NCBI GenBank assembly: GCA_965116085.1
Contig: OZ220487.1
Location: 1,787,185 to 1,851,184 of the forward strand
Direction: 5' to 3'
Origin: an uncultured Candidatus Binatia bacterium
Lineage (GTDB): Bacteria; Desulfobacterota; Binatia; Bin18
DNA length: 64,000 nucleotides
Position 1 is the first letter of the stretch, and each line of letters opens with the position of its first letter. The notes under the pieces are model-generated. The model did no database searches and was not told the DNA's origin. It saw only the letters and a program-made list of their open reading frames with translations. A program made the position numbers and the translations under genes. Below, piece after piece: positions 1 to 10,200 of the stretch.

Positions 1-611
1 TCGCCGAAGGCGAGGTTTGTGGTGATGATGATCGAGGTGCGCTCGTAGAGCCGGCTCATCAGGTGGAAGAGCAGCTGTCCTCCGGCCTGGGCGAAGGGGA
101 GGTATCCGAGTTCGTCGAGGACGACGAAGTCGCGCCGGGCGAGCTGCTGGGCGGTACGACCCTGGCGCCCGGCGCGATGCTCGGCCTCAAGCAGATTGAC
201 CAGGTCGACGGTGTTGTAGCAGCGCCCGCGGCAGCCCTGCCGGATGCAGGCGCGCACGATGGCGACGGCAAGATGCGTTTTGCCGCTGCCGGTTCCGCCG
301 ACCAGGACGAGATTGCGCTTTCCTTCCAGGAAGGCGCCGGTGACCAGTTCCTGGATCAGGGCCTCGTTGACCGGGGAGGCCGCGAAGTCGAAGTCGGCCA
401 GTTCCTTGGCCATCGGCAGCCTGGCGCTTGCCATCTGGTATTTGATCGAGCGCGCCGTCTTGTCGGCGATCTCGGCCTGCAGCAGCGCGGCGATGATCTT
501 CGGCGCCGGGTGGCGGCGCTTGATGGCGTCGGCGAGGATATCGTCGTAGGCGGCGCGCATGCCCGACAGCTTGAGGGCGGTCATCATCGCCAACACGTCA
601 TGACGCTCCAT
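1..611 (-). CDS. istB: IS21-family helper ATPase IstB (C-terminus runs off the left window edge)
   Basis: Own minus-strand translation from ATG 611 gives MERHDVLAMMTALKLSGMRAAYDDI... Walker A GGTGSGKTHLA and Walker B FVVLDELGY are present. The start overlaps the istA stop. It is absent from the ORF track because no stop lies within the window. Confidence 0.9.
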   Translation of the reverse strand, partial: MERHDVLAMMTALKLSGMRAAYDDILADAIKRRHPAPKIIAALLQAEIADKTARSIKYQMASARLPMAKELADFDFAASPVNEALIQELVTGAFLEGKRNLVLVGGTGSGKTHLAVAIVRACIRQGCRGRCYNTVDLVNLLEAEHRAGRQGRTAQQLARRDFVVLDELGYLPFAQAGGQLLFHLMSRLYERTSIIITTNLAFG

Positions 612-2112
612 GGCCGGCCTCCCTCAGACGGTCGTAGCGGTGGCAGTCGGCCACTGGCTGATGGCGAAGCTGCAAGCCCTCGGGCGTCGGGATGGGCGGA
701 ACCGGCGCCGGCTGGCGATGCCGGGCGAGGATGTTGAGCACGACGTCGGCGCTGCAGGCGACATTGGCGAGCGCCTCGGCGCAGGCGGCTTCGACCGCCT
801 CAAGTCCGTCCTCCAGAACCGCTGTAAGGATCCGGACGATCTGGCGGTCGCCATCGTCATGGCCGGACAGCCGGGATCGTAGCCGACCGAGGGCATCGGG
901 CAACGGCCAGTCCTTGAAGGGCGCGCCGTTGCGCAGCGCGCCGGGCTTGCGTGCCAGGATCGGCACGTAGTGCCACGGATCGTAGGTGACCGTGCCGCGC
1001 GCGAAGCTCCGGGGGTGCTCGGCAACCGTCTCGCCGTCCTGGCGGATGACGATCCGGTTGGCGTAGGCCCGCACGTCGACCGGCCGGCCGACGGCGCGGG
1101 CGGCAACGCTGTAGTGGTTGTTGTCGAAGCGCACCAGGCAGGTCTTCGAGACCGCCGACTCAACCGCGTGGAAGCCGTCGAACGGACCGCAATACCCCAC
1201 CAGGAACGGCTGCTCCTCCTCGAACACCTCCCACACCGTCTTGCCCGCGATCGACGGATGCGCGCGGCGCTTGGCGTCCCGGATGCAGGCGTCCATGAGC
1301 CATGCGTTCAGCTCATCATAGGAGCGGCCCCGCAGGCGCGGCACGAACAGGCGGCTGCGGGCGTAGCCCACCTGGTTCTCTACCTGGCCCTTCTCCCATG
1401 CCGCCCCGGGGGTGCAGGCCACAGGCTCTACCAGGTGATGGGAGCACATCTCCAGGAAGCGACGGTTGCAGGCGCGCTCCTTGCCGATGAAGATCGCGCT
1501 CACCGCCGTCTTCATATTGTCGTAGATCCCCCGGCGGCACGACCCGCCGAAGAGCCGGAACGCCCGCTCGTGCGCCTCGAACACCATCTCCTGGCCTTCG
1601 CGCGGGAAGACCTGCACCAGCATCATGCGGCTGTGGCAAAGGCGCATGTGCGCCGCCTTCACCCGGGTCGTCACGCCCGACAGAACCGCGTATTCGTGGC
1701 TCCAGTCGAACTGGTAGGCCTCGCCGGGGGCAAAGCTCAGCGGCACGAACGCCTGCGAAGCCGACAAGGCACAGCGCTCGCGGCGCCAGACGCCGGCATA
1801 GCGACGAACGGCGTCATAACCGCCGGCATAGCCCAACGCCGCCAGCTCCTCATACATCCGCATCAGCGACAGGCGATCCCGGCGAGCCTTCTTCTCGTTC
1901 GCCTCCAGATAGCCGTCCAGAACCTCGATCCACGGACCCAGCTTTGGACGCGACTGAACCTTCCGCCCGTAGCTGAACGACGTCTCTCCGCTCCGGACCG
2001 CCTTGCGGACCGTGTTCCGGGATACCTTCAGCTCCCGGACAAGCTTCTTGATCGGGACCCCCTTGCCCAGATGCTCTCGACGGATACGCGCGATCGTCTC
2101 CACAACCAACAT
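598..2112 (-). CDS. istA: IS21-family transposase IstA
   Basis: 504-aa ORF with an N-terminal HTH (VSRNTVRKAVR) and typical IstA length and composition. It is followed by istB with overlapping stop/start. Confidence 0.95.
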   Translation of the reverse strand: MLVVETIARIRREHLGKGVPIKKLVRELKVSRNTVRKAVRSGETSFSYGRKVQSRPKLGPWIEVLDGYLEANEKKARRDRLSLMRMYEELAALGYAGGYDAVRRYAGVWRRERCALSASQAFVPLSFAPGEAYQFDWSHEYAVLSGVTTRVKAAHMRLCHSRMMLVQVFPREGQEMVFEAHERAFRLFGGSCRRGIYDNMKTAVSAIFIGKERACNRRFLEMCSHHLVEPVACTPGAAWEKGQVENQVGYARSRLFVPRLRGRSYDELNAWLMDACIRDAKRRAHPSIAGKTVWEVFEEEQPFLVGYCGPFDGFHAVESAVSKTCLVRFDNNHYSVAARAVGRPVDVRAYANRIVIRQDGETVAEHPRSFARGTVTYDPWHYVPILARKPGALRNGAPFKDWPLPDALGRLRSRLSGHDDGDRQIVRILTAVLEDGLEAVEAACAEALANVACSADVVLNILARHRQPAPVPPIPTPEGLQLRHQPVADCHRYDRLREAGHGAS

Positions 2113-2317
2113 CTCCCACCTCCTCGTCCATCAAGAAAACGAGGCGGCTTCAAAGGACACAGCCCTCGGGGGGTCAATTTTGGAAGCCGATCACCCCCGA
2201 ACGGGGGTCAATATTCCACGCCGAATTACACCCCAGGGGTCGGAGCCGGATGGTTCCCCACCGCGCCACGGTCGCGGCGGCGGCGAGCGGCAGACGCCGC
2301 TCGCCGGGTTCAGACAG

Positions 2318-2428
2318 CTACGGACCGATATGGCCGAACCAGGTGGCGTAGGCCGATGCCGAACCTGCTGCAGCAACGCCGAGCACGGCGAGTGCGGTGA
2401 AGATCCTGCGAATGCGGCGGTGGTTCAT
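2318..2428 (-). CDS. 36-aa hydrophobic/signal-like peptide (hypothetical)
   Basis: The internal ATG at 2428 is preceded by AAGGAG 7 nt upstream. The sequence is MNHRRIRRIFTALAVLGVAAAGSASAYATWFGHIGP. No family was recognised. Confidence 0.25.
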   Translation of the reverse strand: MNHRRIRRIFTALAVLGVAAAGSASAYATWFGHIGP

Positions 2429-2952
2429 GGTCTCGCTCCTTGTCGCTGGCGGCTGTCGCCATTGGATATGGGTGCGATACCGAACCGCCGCCAATGAGGT
2501 TTTGTTTGGACCCCGATAGGGAAGTCCAATGAGACCGGACGCGGGAGGGCCGGTCGCGCACCCCTGGCGCAAGGGAATCCCTGATTTCCGGACGGGCCCA
2601 CCTTGAAGATGGTGAAGAGCGCTGTCTCGACCGTATGCAACCGTCCCGCGGTCGATGTTCCTCTGCCGCTCAAGACGGCATCAAGCCCGCCGGCGGACAG
2701 GTCGCAGTTCAGGGCGGCCGTCCCGACCGGCCAGTCGCCGCGATCGTCCCCGACGGCGGGCTTTCCCACCATGAAGCCGAACCGGGTAGCGGACCCGCTC
2801 GGCGGAAGATGGGCAGGCCCGGGGCGGTCGCGTACGGGGCTTTGCTCCCGGCTTCATCGCCAGCCGCGCGCTGCCTCGCCGACCGCAGGTTGCGATCTCG
2901 TCCCGAAAGTCGCACATGCCCTTGTTTCGTAAGATACGCGGCCGGACGCTGT

Positions 2953-3852
2953 GAGAGCCCGTTTGAAAACGCTTGGCCTTGAGGTTTGATCGTGATTCAA
3001 GCTTGGCATGTGGGCCCAAGCGACGCGAGGCCGTATGGCCGAGATCGAACGGAAGACGAAGCGTTACCCGACCGATCTGACGGATGAGGAAGGGGCGAGG
3101 GGCGATCCGGTGATGCCGAAGCCGGCGCGGACCGGACGACAGCGTGAAGTGGATCTTCGCGAGGTTCTGAACGCGATCCGCTCCTTGGCGCGCACGGGCT
3201 GTGGCTGGCGCATGCTACCGAAGGACTTGCCGCCCTGGCAGACGGTCTACTGGTGGTTGCGGCGCTTCGGGCGGCTTCTGCTGTTCCAGCCGATCCACGA
3301 CGTGGCCTTGATGCTGGCCCGCGCGCGCGCGGGCCGCGAGGCGAGCCCGCCGGGCGGGGGGCTCGACAGCCAGTCGGGCAAGGCACCGGCCGCCAAGGAA
3401 CGCGGCTTTGACGGGGGCAAGAAGATCACCGGGCGCAAGCGCCATGTCGCCGTCGCCACCGCTGGCCGCCTGCTCATGATCAATCTGACGAGCGCCGACA
3501 TTTCGGCCTCCGCTGGCGCGCAGAGGATCCTGGACGCCAGCCGCAAGCGCTGGCCTTGGCTCAAGCCTCTCTTCGCCGACGGTGCCTACGATCGCGGCCA
3601 GCTCATGGACAAGGCGGCCTTCCTCGACTTCGTCATCGAGATCGTCCGCAAGATGGAGGGCCAACAGGGCTTCGAGGTGCTGCCGCGGCGCTGGGTCGTT
3701 GAGCGAACCTTTGGCTGGATGATGCGATGGCGGCGCCTGGTGCGCGCTTACGCGCAGCGCCTCGACGGCTCCGAGGCCATGATCCAGGTCGCTATGGGTA
3801 GCCTCCTGCTCAGGCGTATCGCTCATTGAGCAGTGTTCTCAAACGGACTCTG
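2953..3852 (+). mobile_element. IS5-family insertion sequence
   Basis: Imperfect terminal inverted repeats: GAGAGCCCGTTTGAAAAC at 2953 against the reverse complement CAGAGTCCGTTTGAGAAC ending at 3852. They flank a single transposase ORF. Confidence 0.8.
3008..3829 (+). CDS. IS5-family DDE transposase
   Basis: Carries the motifs RYPTDLTDEE, LARTGCGWRMLPKDLPPWQTVYWW and ADGAYD...VERTFGWM. The likely true start is MAEIERK at 3035. Confidence 0.9.
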   Translation: MWAQATRGRMAEIERKTKRYPTDLTDEEGARGDPVMPKPARTGRQREVDLREVLNAIRSLARTGCGWRMLPKDLPPWQTVYWWLRRFGRLLLFQPIHDVALMLARARAGREASPPGGGLDSQSGKAPAAKERGFDGGKKITGRKRHVAVATAGRLLMINLTSADISASAGAQRILDASRKRWPWLKPLFADGAYDRGQLMDKAAFLDFVIEIVRKMEGQQGFEVLPRRWVVERTFGWMMRWRRLVRAYAQRLDGSEAMIQVAMGSLLLRRIAH

Positions 3853-3966
3853 AGAAGGCGCGCAACTCGTAAGCCTTCGGCGTAGACCGCCTGTCGCATT
3901 TCTCCGGGATCGTGGAGGGTGCGCGCTCGGAGGTGGGCGCGCGTCGTAAGTGTCCACTAAGGATAA

Positions 3967-4389
3967 GTGGACACTATGCGGATGTCGGACGCAGCGGAGC
4001 AGTCGGGTTCCGGGGTCGACGGTCGGGGGCGCCGCCGTCGCCGTCGGTGGAGCGAGGCGCGCAAGCGCCTGATCGTTGCGGAGAGCTACCAGCCCGGGGT
4101 TTCGGTGTCGGTGGTGGCGCGCCGTCATGACGTGAACGCGAACCTGGTCTTCATCTGGCGGCGCCAGTATCGGGAGCTGGCGCGCGTGGTGGGCGGCTTC
4201 GTCCCGGTGGTTGTCTCTTCGACGGAAGGGGCGGAGCCGGCGAAGCTGCTGCCGGCGCCGCCGGATATCGAACCGCCTACCTCCGGGCGGATCGAGATTG
4301 CGCTGGCGGACGGCTCGCGGGTGACGGTCGACCGGGATGTGGATGCGGCGGCGCTGTCGCGGGTTCTCGGGGTTCTGGAGCGGCGATGA
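3967..4389 (+). CDS. tnpA: IS66 accessory protein TnpA
   Basis: Carries WSEARKRLIVAESYQPGVSVSVVARRHDVNANLVFIWRRQY. The stop overlaps the tnpB start (ATGA). Confidence 0.85.
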   Translation: MDTMRMSDAAEQSGSGVDGRGRRRRRRWSEARKRLIVAESYQPGVSVSVVARRHDVNANLVFIWRRQYRELARVVGGFVPVVVSSTEGAEPAKLLPAPPDIEPPTSGRIEIALADGSRVTVDRDVDAAALSRVLGVLERR

Positions 4390-4733
4390 TCCCGGTTCCG
4401 AGCGGGGCGCGGGTCTGGCTTGCGACGGGCGTGACGGACATGCGTCGCGGGATGAACACGCTGGCGCTGCAGGTCCAGCAGGGGCTGGGCCGCGATCCCC
4501 ATGCGGGCGATCTCTTCATATTTCGCGGACGCAAAGGCGATCTTTTAAAGATTCTCTGGCATGACGGGATCGGGACCTCGCTCTATGCCAAGCGCCTGGA
4601 GCGGGGCCGGTTCCAGTGGCCGGTGACGTCGGGCGGCGCGGTGTCGATCAGCGCGGCGCAGCTCGGCTACCTGTTGGAGGGGATCGATTGGAGGAACCCG
4701 GTCCGAACCTGGCGCCCGTCGCGGGCCGGCTGA
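4386..4733 (+). CDS. tnpB: IS66 accessory protein TnpB
   Basis: Carries VWLATGVTDMRRGMNTLALQVQ...LFIFRGRKGDLLKILWHDG, the typical IS66 Orf2 signature. Confidence 0.9.
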   Translation: MIPVPSGARVWLATGVTDMRRGMNTLALQVQQGLGRDPHAGDLFIFRGRKGDLLKILWHDGIGTSLYAKRLERGRFQWPVTSGGAVSISAAQLGYLLEGIDWRNPVRTWRPSRAG

Positions 4734-4804
4734 CAGGCGGCAAATGGACTCATCCGATAGGATTGCGATGGCGGCGGAGCGGTTGTTGTGATTCGCTTCC
4801 GGTC

Positions 4805-6451
4805 ATGCCCGACGGATCGGACATCGACGCTCTGAAGGCGGCGCTGGCTGCGGCGGAAGCCGAGGCGGTCGATGCCAGGGCGAAGGCGACCGAGGCCGAG
4901 GCGCGGGCCGCGAACGCCGAGGCGGAGGTGTCGGACGCCGAGGCGCAGATCGCCTCCCTGAAGCTGATGATCGAGACGCTCCGTCACGCGCTCTTCGGCC
5001 AACGATCGGAGCGCAAGCAGCGCCTTCTCGACCAGATGGAGCTCCAGCTCGACGAGCTCGAGGCGAGCGCTACCGAGGACGAGTTGGCGGCCGAACAGGC
5101 GGCGGGCGGCACGACGCATGTGAAGGCGTTCACCCGCCGCCGCCGGTCCGGGCGCAAGCCGTTCCCCGAACATTTGCCGCGCGAGCGCGTGGTGGTGCCG
5201 GCGCCGACATCCTGCGCGTGCTGCGGCTCGCAGAAGCTCTCGAAGATCGGCGAGGACGTCACCGAGACGCTGGAGGTCATTCCGCGCCAGTGGAAGGTGA
5301 TCCGGACGGTGCGCGAGAAGTTCACCTGCCGGGACTGCGAGAAGATCAGCCAGCCGCCGGCGCCGTTCCACCCGACGCCGCGCGGCTGGGCGGGCCCCAA
5401 CCTGCTGGCCATGATCCTGTTCGAGAAGTTCGGGCAGCATCAGCCGCTGAACCGCCAGCGCGACCGCTATGCGCGCGAGGGCGTCGATCTCAGCCTGTCG
5501 ACCCTGGCCGACCAGGTGGGCGCCTGCACGGTGGCGCTGAGGCCGCTGCACGACCTGATCGCAGACCATGTGCTGGCGGCCGAACGCCTGCATGGTGACG
5601 ACACCCCGGTGCCGGTGCTGGCCAAGGGCAAGACCGACAAGGGCCGGGCCTGGGTCTATGTCCGTGACGATAGGCCGTTCGGCGGGCCGGACCCGCCCGC
5701 GGCTCTGTTCCGCTACTCGCGGAACCGGTCCGGCGACCATCCGGTCGAGCATCTTCGCGACTTCGCCGGCATCCTCCAGGCCGACAGTTTCGCCGGCTAT
5801 AACCGCCTCTACGCGGCCGGGCGATTGCCGGGGCCTGTTACCGAGATCCCCTGTTGGGCACACGGGCGCCGCAAATTTTTCGAGCTCGCCGACATTGCGG
5901 CGAGCAAGGGGCGCGGCAGGAACGCGCCGCCGATCTCGCCGCTCGCGATGGAGGCGGTGAAGCGGATCGACGTGCTGTTCGACATCGAGCGCTCCATCAA
6001 CGGCGAGACCGCCGCGCGGCGCCATGCCGTCCGCCAGGAACTGAGCGCGCCGGTCCTGGCCGAACTCGAGACCTGGATGAAGGCCGAGCGCGCAAAGCTC
6101 TCCCGCCATTCCCCCGTGGCCAAGGCCATGGACTACATGCTCAGGCGATGGGACCGCTTCGCCCGCTTCCTCGACGATGGGCGCATCTGCCTGTCAAATA
6201 ATGCCGCTGAGAGGGCGCTCAGAGGTATTGCCCTGGGTCGGAAGTCATGGCTGTTCGCCGGCTCCGACCGCGGCGGCAGGCGCGCCGCAGCCATGTACAC
6301 CCTCATCGGCACCGCAAAGCTCAACAACGTCGATCCCCAGGCCTGGCTCGCCGACGTTCTCGGCCGGATCGCGGGAACCCCGCAGAACCGGCTCGACGAA
6401 CTTCTTCCCTGGAATTGGGTTCCGGAGAAGATGCTCGATCAAGCCGCATAA
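4805..6451 (+). CDS. tnpC: IS66-family transposase TnpC
   Basis: Has a coiled-coil N-terminus, a Cys cluster CACCGS...CRDCE, and a DDE region HGDDTPVPVL...LQADSFAGY...CWAHGRRKF. The start was chosen at ATG 4805 within the longer ORF 4616-6451. Confidence 0.9.
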   Translation: MPDGSDIDALKAALAAAEAEAVDARAKATEAEARAANAEAEVSDAEAQIASLKLMIETLRHALFGQRSERKQRLLDQMELQLDELEASATEDELAAEQAAGGTTHVKAFTRRRRSGRKPFPEHLPRERVVVPAPTSCACCGSQKLSKIGEDVTETLEVIPRQWKVIRTVREKFTCRDCEKISQPPAPFHPTPRGWAGPNLLAMILFEKFGQHQPLNRQRDRYAREGVDLSLSTLADQVGACTVALRPLHDLIADHVLAAERLHGDDTPVPVLAKGKTDKGRAWVYVRDDRPFGGPDPPAALFRYSRNRSGDHPVEHLRDFAGILQADSFAGYNRLYAAGRLPGPVTEIPCWAHGRRKFFELADIAASKGRGRNAPPISPLAMEAVKRIDVLFDIERSINGETAARRHAVRQELSAPVLAELETWMKAERAKLSRHSPVAKAMDYMLRRWDRFARFLDDGRICLSNNAAERALRGIALGRKSWLFAGSDRGGRRAAAMYTLIGTAKLNNVDPQAWLADVLGRIAGTPQNRLDELLPWNWVPEKMLDQAA

Positions 6452-6759
6452 GCCGGCTCACGCTCAAAACCACCCCGCTCCGCACGCACTCGCCGCAAAG
6501 GATGGCCTACCTACCCCTGCGGTCTTCGGCGGACGCATACCGCAACTCGGCGGAATTCCTTGATTCTTCGACTTACCCGGCGAAATACGCGGGGCGTTTG
6601 TCATCGTGCCGAAAGCGGATTGAATCAAACTCCAGACCCCGACTGACCCTCCATGAGGTCTTGCCGCCGGGCCTTGACACACGTCATGCACCGTAGCAAC
6701 GCGCAACTCACGAACTTGGCTGCGCTCTTTCCGATTGGCGCAGATCAACTGACGCCGCG

Positions 6760-7164
6760 CTACTCGTCGGCCTTCGCAGGGGTTGATGACTTGGCGGCTA
6801 TCCGCGCCTTCACCGCTTCCCGTCCAAACCCGAGTACTCCCTGGAACAGCAGGATCGCGCCCTTGCTTCCGCCTGCGATTACGGCCGCGGTAGCGAAGGT
6901 CCCAAACGAGAGTGCCCCGGAATATCCCCCGGCCTTGGCGAAGACGACCGAGAAGACGTCGAACTCGCCCCAGACGCAGATCACGTATGACACAACCAGT
7001 GCGATCGGCACCCTAAGCCGCTTTTCCTTCAGCCAGTCCCTGAGGACACTCCACTCGAAGATGACGGCAAGTGCCCGCTCAAGGAGCATCGCAAGTATGA
7101 CCAACAGAGCGAGCGCGCCGAGCACGGCTTCATATTGCTCGGGTTGCAACCAAGGCACCGTCAT
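6760..7164 (-). CDS. Small multi-pass membrane protein (hypothetical)
   Basis: 134 aa with about three hydrophobic segments (LGALALLVILAMLL, IALVVSYVICVW, FATAAVIAGGSKGAILLF). GGAAGG lies 8 nt upstream of the ATG. It sits 102 nt downstream of the helicase gene on the same strand. Confidence 0.6.
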   Translation of the reverse strand: MTVPWLQPEQYEAVLGALALLVILAMLLERALAVIFEWSVLRDWLKEKRLRVPIALVVSYVICVWGEFDVFSVVFAKAGGYSGALSFGTFATAAVIAGGSKGAILLFQGVLGFGREAVKARIAAKSSTPAKADE

Positions 7165-7266
7165 AACGAGACCTTCCTATTCCTTGCGTTCATGCCGATC
7201 ACCGAACATCCGACTCGTTCACTATCAAGCCAGTCTGTAGCTGACCGGTTGAACATTCCTCGATTC

Positions 7267-10200
7267 TCAACTTGCCTCGCCCGAAAGGACTTCCCAGACC
7301 CGCTTGTATCCGGTCCCCGACAACGCCGCTCCGCCGGGCCTCACACCTTCCCAGTCATCGGCGCCAAGTCCCTGCAGGAAACGCCGCGCCTCTCCCACCG
7401 AATACCTGCGTTCGTCCCTTCCGTTCACCTCCCGGTACAGACTGCCCAGTGCCTCGGCCGCGCTACGCGGTACGGAATTCATGCGCATCAGCACCGCATC
7501 CTCGCTGCTTACACCGTGATAAATCATTGCTGGAAGGGTATTGATCCTGCGTTTTTCCGCTTCTGAGAGCGTGTCGAAATCGATCCCCGACACTCGACTG
7601 AGAGCCGAAACGCCCCACGTTCCGCTGTTCGCGATGGTGCGATAGATCGCTCTGCATGCGTCCGTCAGCGCCGCAGTACCCGCTTCGTCATCTTTCTCGC
7701 GGCTGAAATACTTGCCCGCGATCGCTTCAAGGCCCTTTCCGTTCACCCAGTCGTTGGTGATCTCCGAGATCCTGCTCCGGTCGGAACCGCTGCCGCCCAA
7801 CTCGACCAAGTCCTGCTTGAGTTGTGGCACCCTCAACATAACGCCGAACAGGTCCGCCATTCTGCCTCCGTTGCCGAAGAGGCTCTCCGGCGCCCAGTCA
7901 GCGGCGGTGAGCCCGCTCTCCAAGTTGCGAATGCCGCCCATTGCCGCCCGGACACCTTCCGGCGAGAAGCCGGTCGAATCCGCGAGTTCCGCGATCCCTT
8001 CGGGCATTGCGGCGAGTTCGCGCGCATAGCTCTGCGTCGCGTCCAGGAGAGCATCCGCCTTTCGCCTTTGCTCCGGATCGTTCCGCATAGAGGTGTATCC
8101 GTACGTCTGCCTCAGAAGTTGCTCCGATTCTGCGAGCACCGCGTCCAGATTCTTCTTCTCCGCCCAAAGATGGGCGATGTAACAGCGAAAATCCTCCCAC
8201 TGATCTTTCCAGAGCACTTCCGACAGCTGCGCTAAAGACCCTTGGGCGGCAAGTTCGTCCAGGAGCACCACAAGACGGGATACCAGCGCGCCTGTATTCC
8301 GACTCACAAACTCCATCATCGCATCGCGATCAGTCCCCTCGGACAGACCAACCACGCCTACGCTGTCGTGACCGATGCGACCCGCACGACCCACAAGATT
8401 CCAGAACTCCCGTGCCCCGATTTCCACCGAACTCTTACCCTGCGGCACAAAACGCGAGGCTAGGAAGACTGACGACACCGGGAAGTTGATGCCTTGCGCA
8501 ATCGTCGACGTCGCACACAGCATCCGAAGGCTGCCTGTCTCCGCGAGCCATTCCATAAGCGCCCGGACATCGTCGGACAGCCCTGCATGATGCACGCCGA
8601 TGCCCTGCTCGAGCATATCGATCAGCGGGAATTCGGCACTGATCTCGGTGCGCAGAAAGTCCTGAATCAGCCTGATGTCGGACGGCACCTCGTCCATCTT
8701 CGGAAGGCTCCGCGCCGCTTCACCAGCCATCTTCCAGACCGTTGGAATACTGTTGGTCACGGCAATGCTGGTGCCCCGCGCCGACATCACGGCCCCGATT
8801 GCCGCCGTTTGAAGTCCGAGCCTCTTCTGCACACCATTCGCAAGCACTTGGCTCTTCGGCACATCGATCGGTTTCACGCCTCCCACGCGGTGCGTTCCGT
8901 GAAGCGGCATGGCCTTTTCCGTCGCGGTCAGCGTCTCGAAGTCGAGATGCCAGCCGCCGCGTTCACTGTCATTTGCCACCGCCCGGTAGAGGCCGATGAT
9001 CCGCTCGTTGGGCTTCCACGGAACTGTACCCAGGCTGATTGCATTGCCCGCATCGATGTCCTGCGCCAGCCAGCGCGCCACCGATTCCGTTCCTTCCACG
9101 AAAGGCATCAGCAGGAGGAAGTTTGCCTGCGGACAGTCGCGCTTGACCGTCGCCAAGAGCAGCTCAATCCGGAGGCCCCGACCCTCCGATTCCAAGTTGT
9201 GGGCCTCGTCCATCACTACCAGAGCGAGAGGACGGTCCACCTTCCTGTTGCGAATCACAAGTGACAGCTTTTCCGGCGTTGCGACGAGAATGTGGAACGG
9301 CTCGTCCCTGTCGTTGAGTAGCTCTTCCTCGAACGCGTCCACCTCAATGGCCGCGGTCAACTGTTCGACTCGCAGGCCGATCGGCTCGAAGTCGGCGCGA
9401 AGGCGCCGCGTGATCTGTCCCGACAGCGCACGGGTGGGCGCGACATATACCACCCATCCGCGGTCGCCCTGGAACTGGTTCAATGCCTGCAAGATGCGGA
9501 ACTGCGCGAGCAGTGTCTTGCCGCCCGAAGTGGGCAAGTCGACTACGATCGCGGTCTTCGCCTGGTCGAGCAGCCCCTGCTCAAGCAACGCCGCGCGCTG
9601 TGGCGGCAAGAGCTCGAACATCGCCTGCTGTTTCCGGTGCGTCAGAGAGCGCACGAATTTCGTGGTTCGCGAGTTAACTGTTCGCGTCGCCCACCACAGC
9701 GAATTCGTTACCATGATGCGCGCCGTGGCGTGCAGCCATCTGAGCACCACCTCGTGCTGCGCGTCCCCTGAAGCGGCCGCGGCCCGAATTCCCGCTTCGA
9801 AGTGTTTGTCCAGTGTGCCGAACGGATCGCCCGGTTCGCCCTGGAGCATGTACCTTACCAGCGTCTCCGTCGCTTTCGCCCAGTTGTAAAGTGCCGCCAG
9901 CCGAAGGGCGATCGCCCGGTCTACCGCCTCCGAACCATTTCGCAGACGATGTTCTTCGTGAACCTTCTGGTCGTTGCGCAACCCTGCGATGATCTCGCGG
10001 ATCCGGTCCAGATCGTCCCACCCCTCTTTGCGAAATAACCTGACCCAGCAGGCGAACAACCTGTACAGGAGCCTGCGGTCCCATTCGGCGTCCGCGACGC
10101 TCGGCGCCCTCAACGCCTCTCCCTGTTCCCGATACCAGCGCCGCAGGTCCGACCAGCGATCGCCGCAATAGGCGGCCGCGGAGAGTTGAAGCACGAAGAA

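Larger units (their letters stand above)
1..2250 (-). mobile_element. IS21-family insertion sequence (partial; right boundary approximate)
   Basis: Contains the istA-istB pair. Two direct GGGGGTCAAT repeats (2169-2178, 2203-2212) lie upstream of istA, as expected for multi-repeat IS21 ends. The exact terminus was not determined. Confidence 0.7.
3869..6540 (+). mobile_element. IS66-family insertion sequence with 8-bp target-site duplication
   Basis: IRL is GTAAGCCTTCGGCGTAGACCGC. The reverse complement of IRR is GTATGCGTCCGCCGAAGACCGC. Direct repeats CGCAACTC lie at 3861-3868 and 6541-6548. The element holds a tnpA-tnpB-tnpC trio. Confidence 0.9.

Noticed and set aside
970-2400. 476-aa plus-strand ORF. 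Similar long antisense ORFs include 4667-6109 (-), 24316-25851 (-) and 45819-47036 (-).
   Set aside because: Each lies antisense to a confidently recognised transposase or nuclease gene. Each has the Arg/Ala/Pro/Gly-rich composition typical of shadow ORFs in high-GC DNA.
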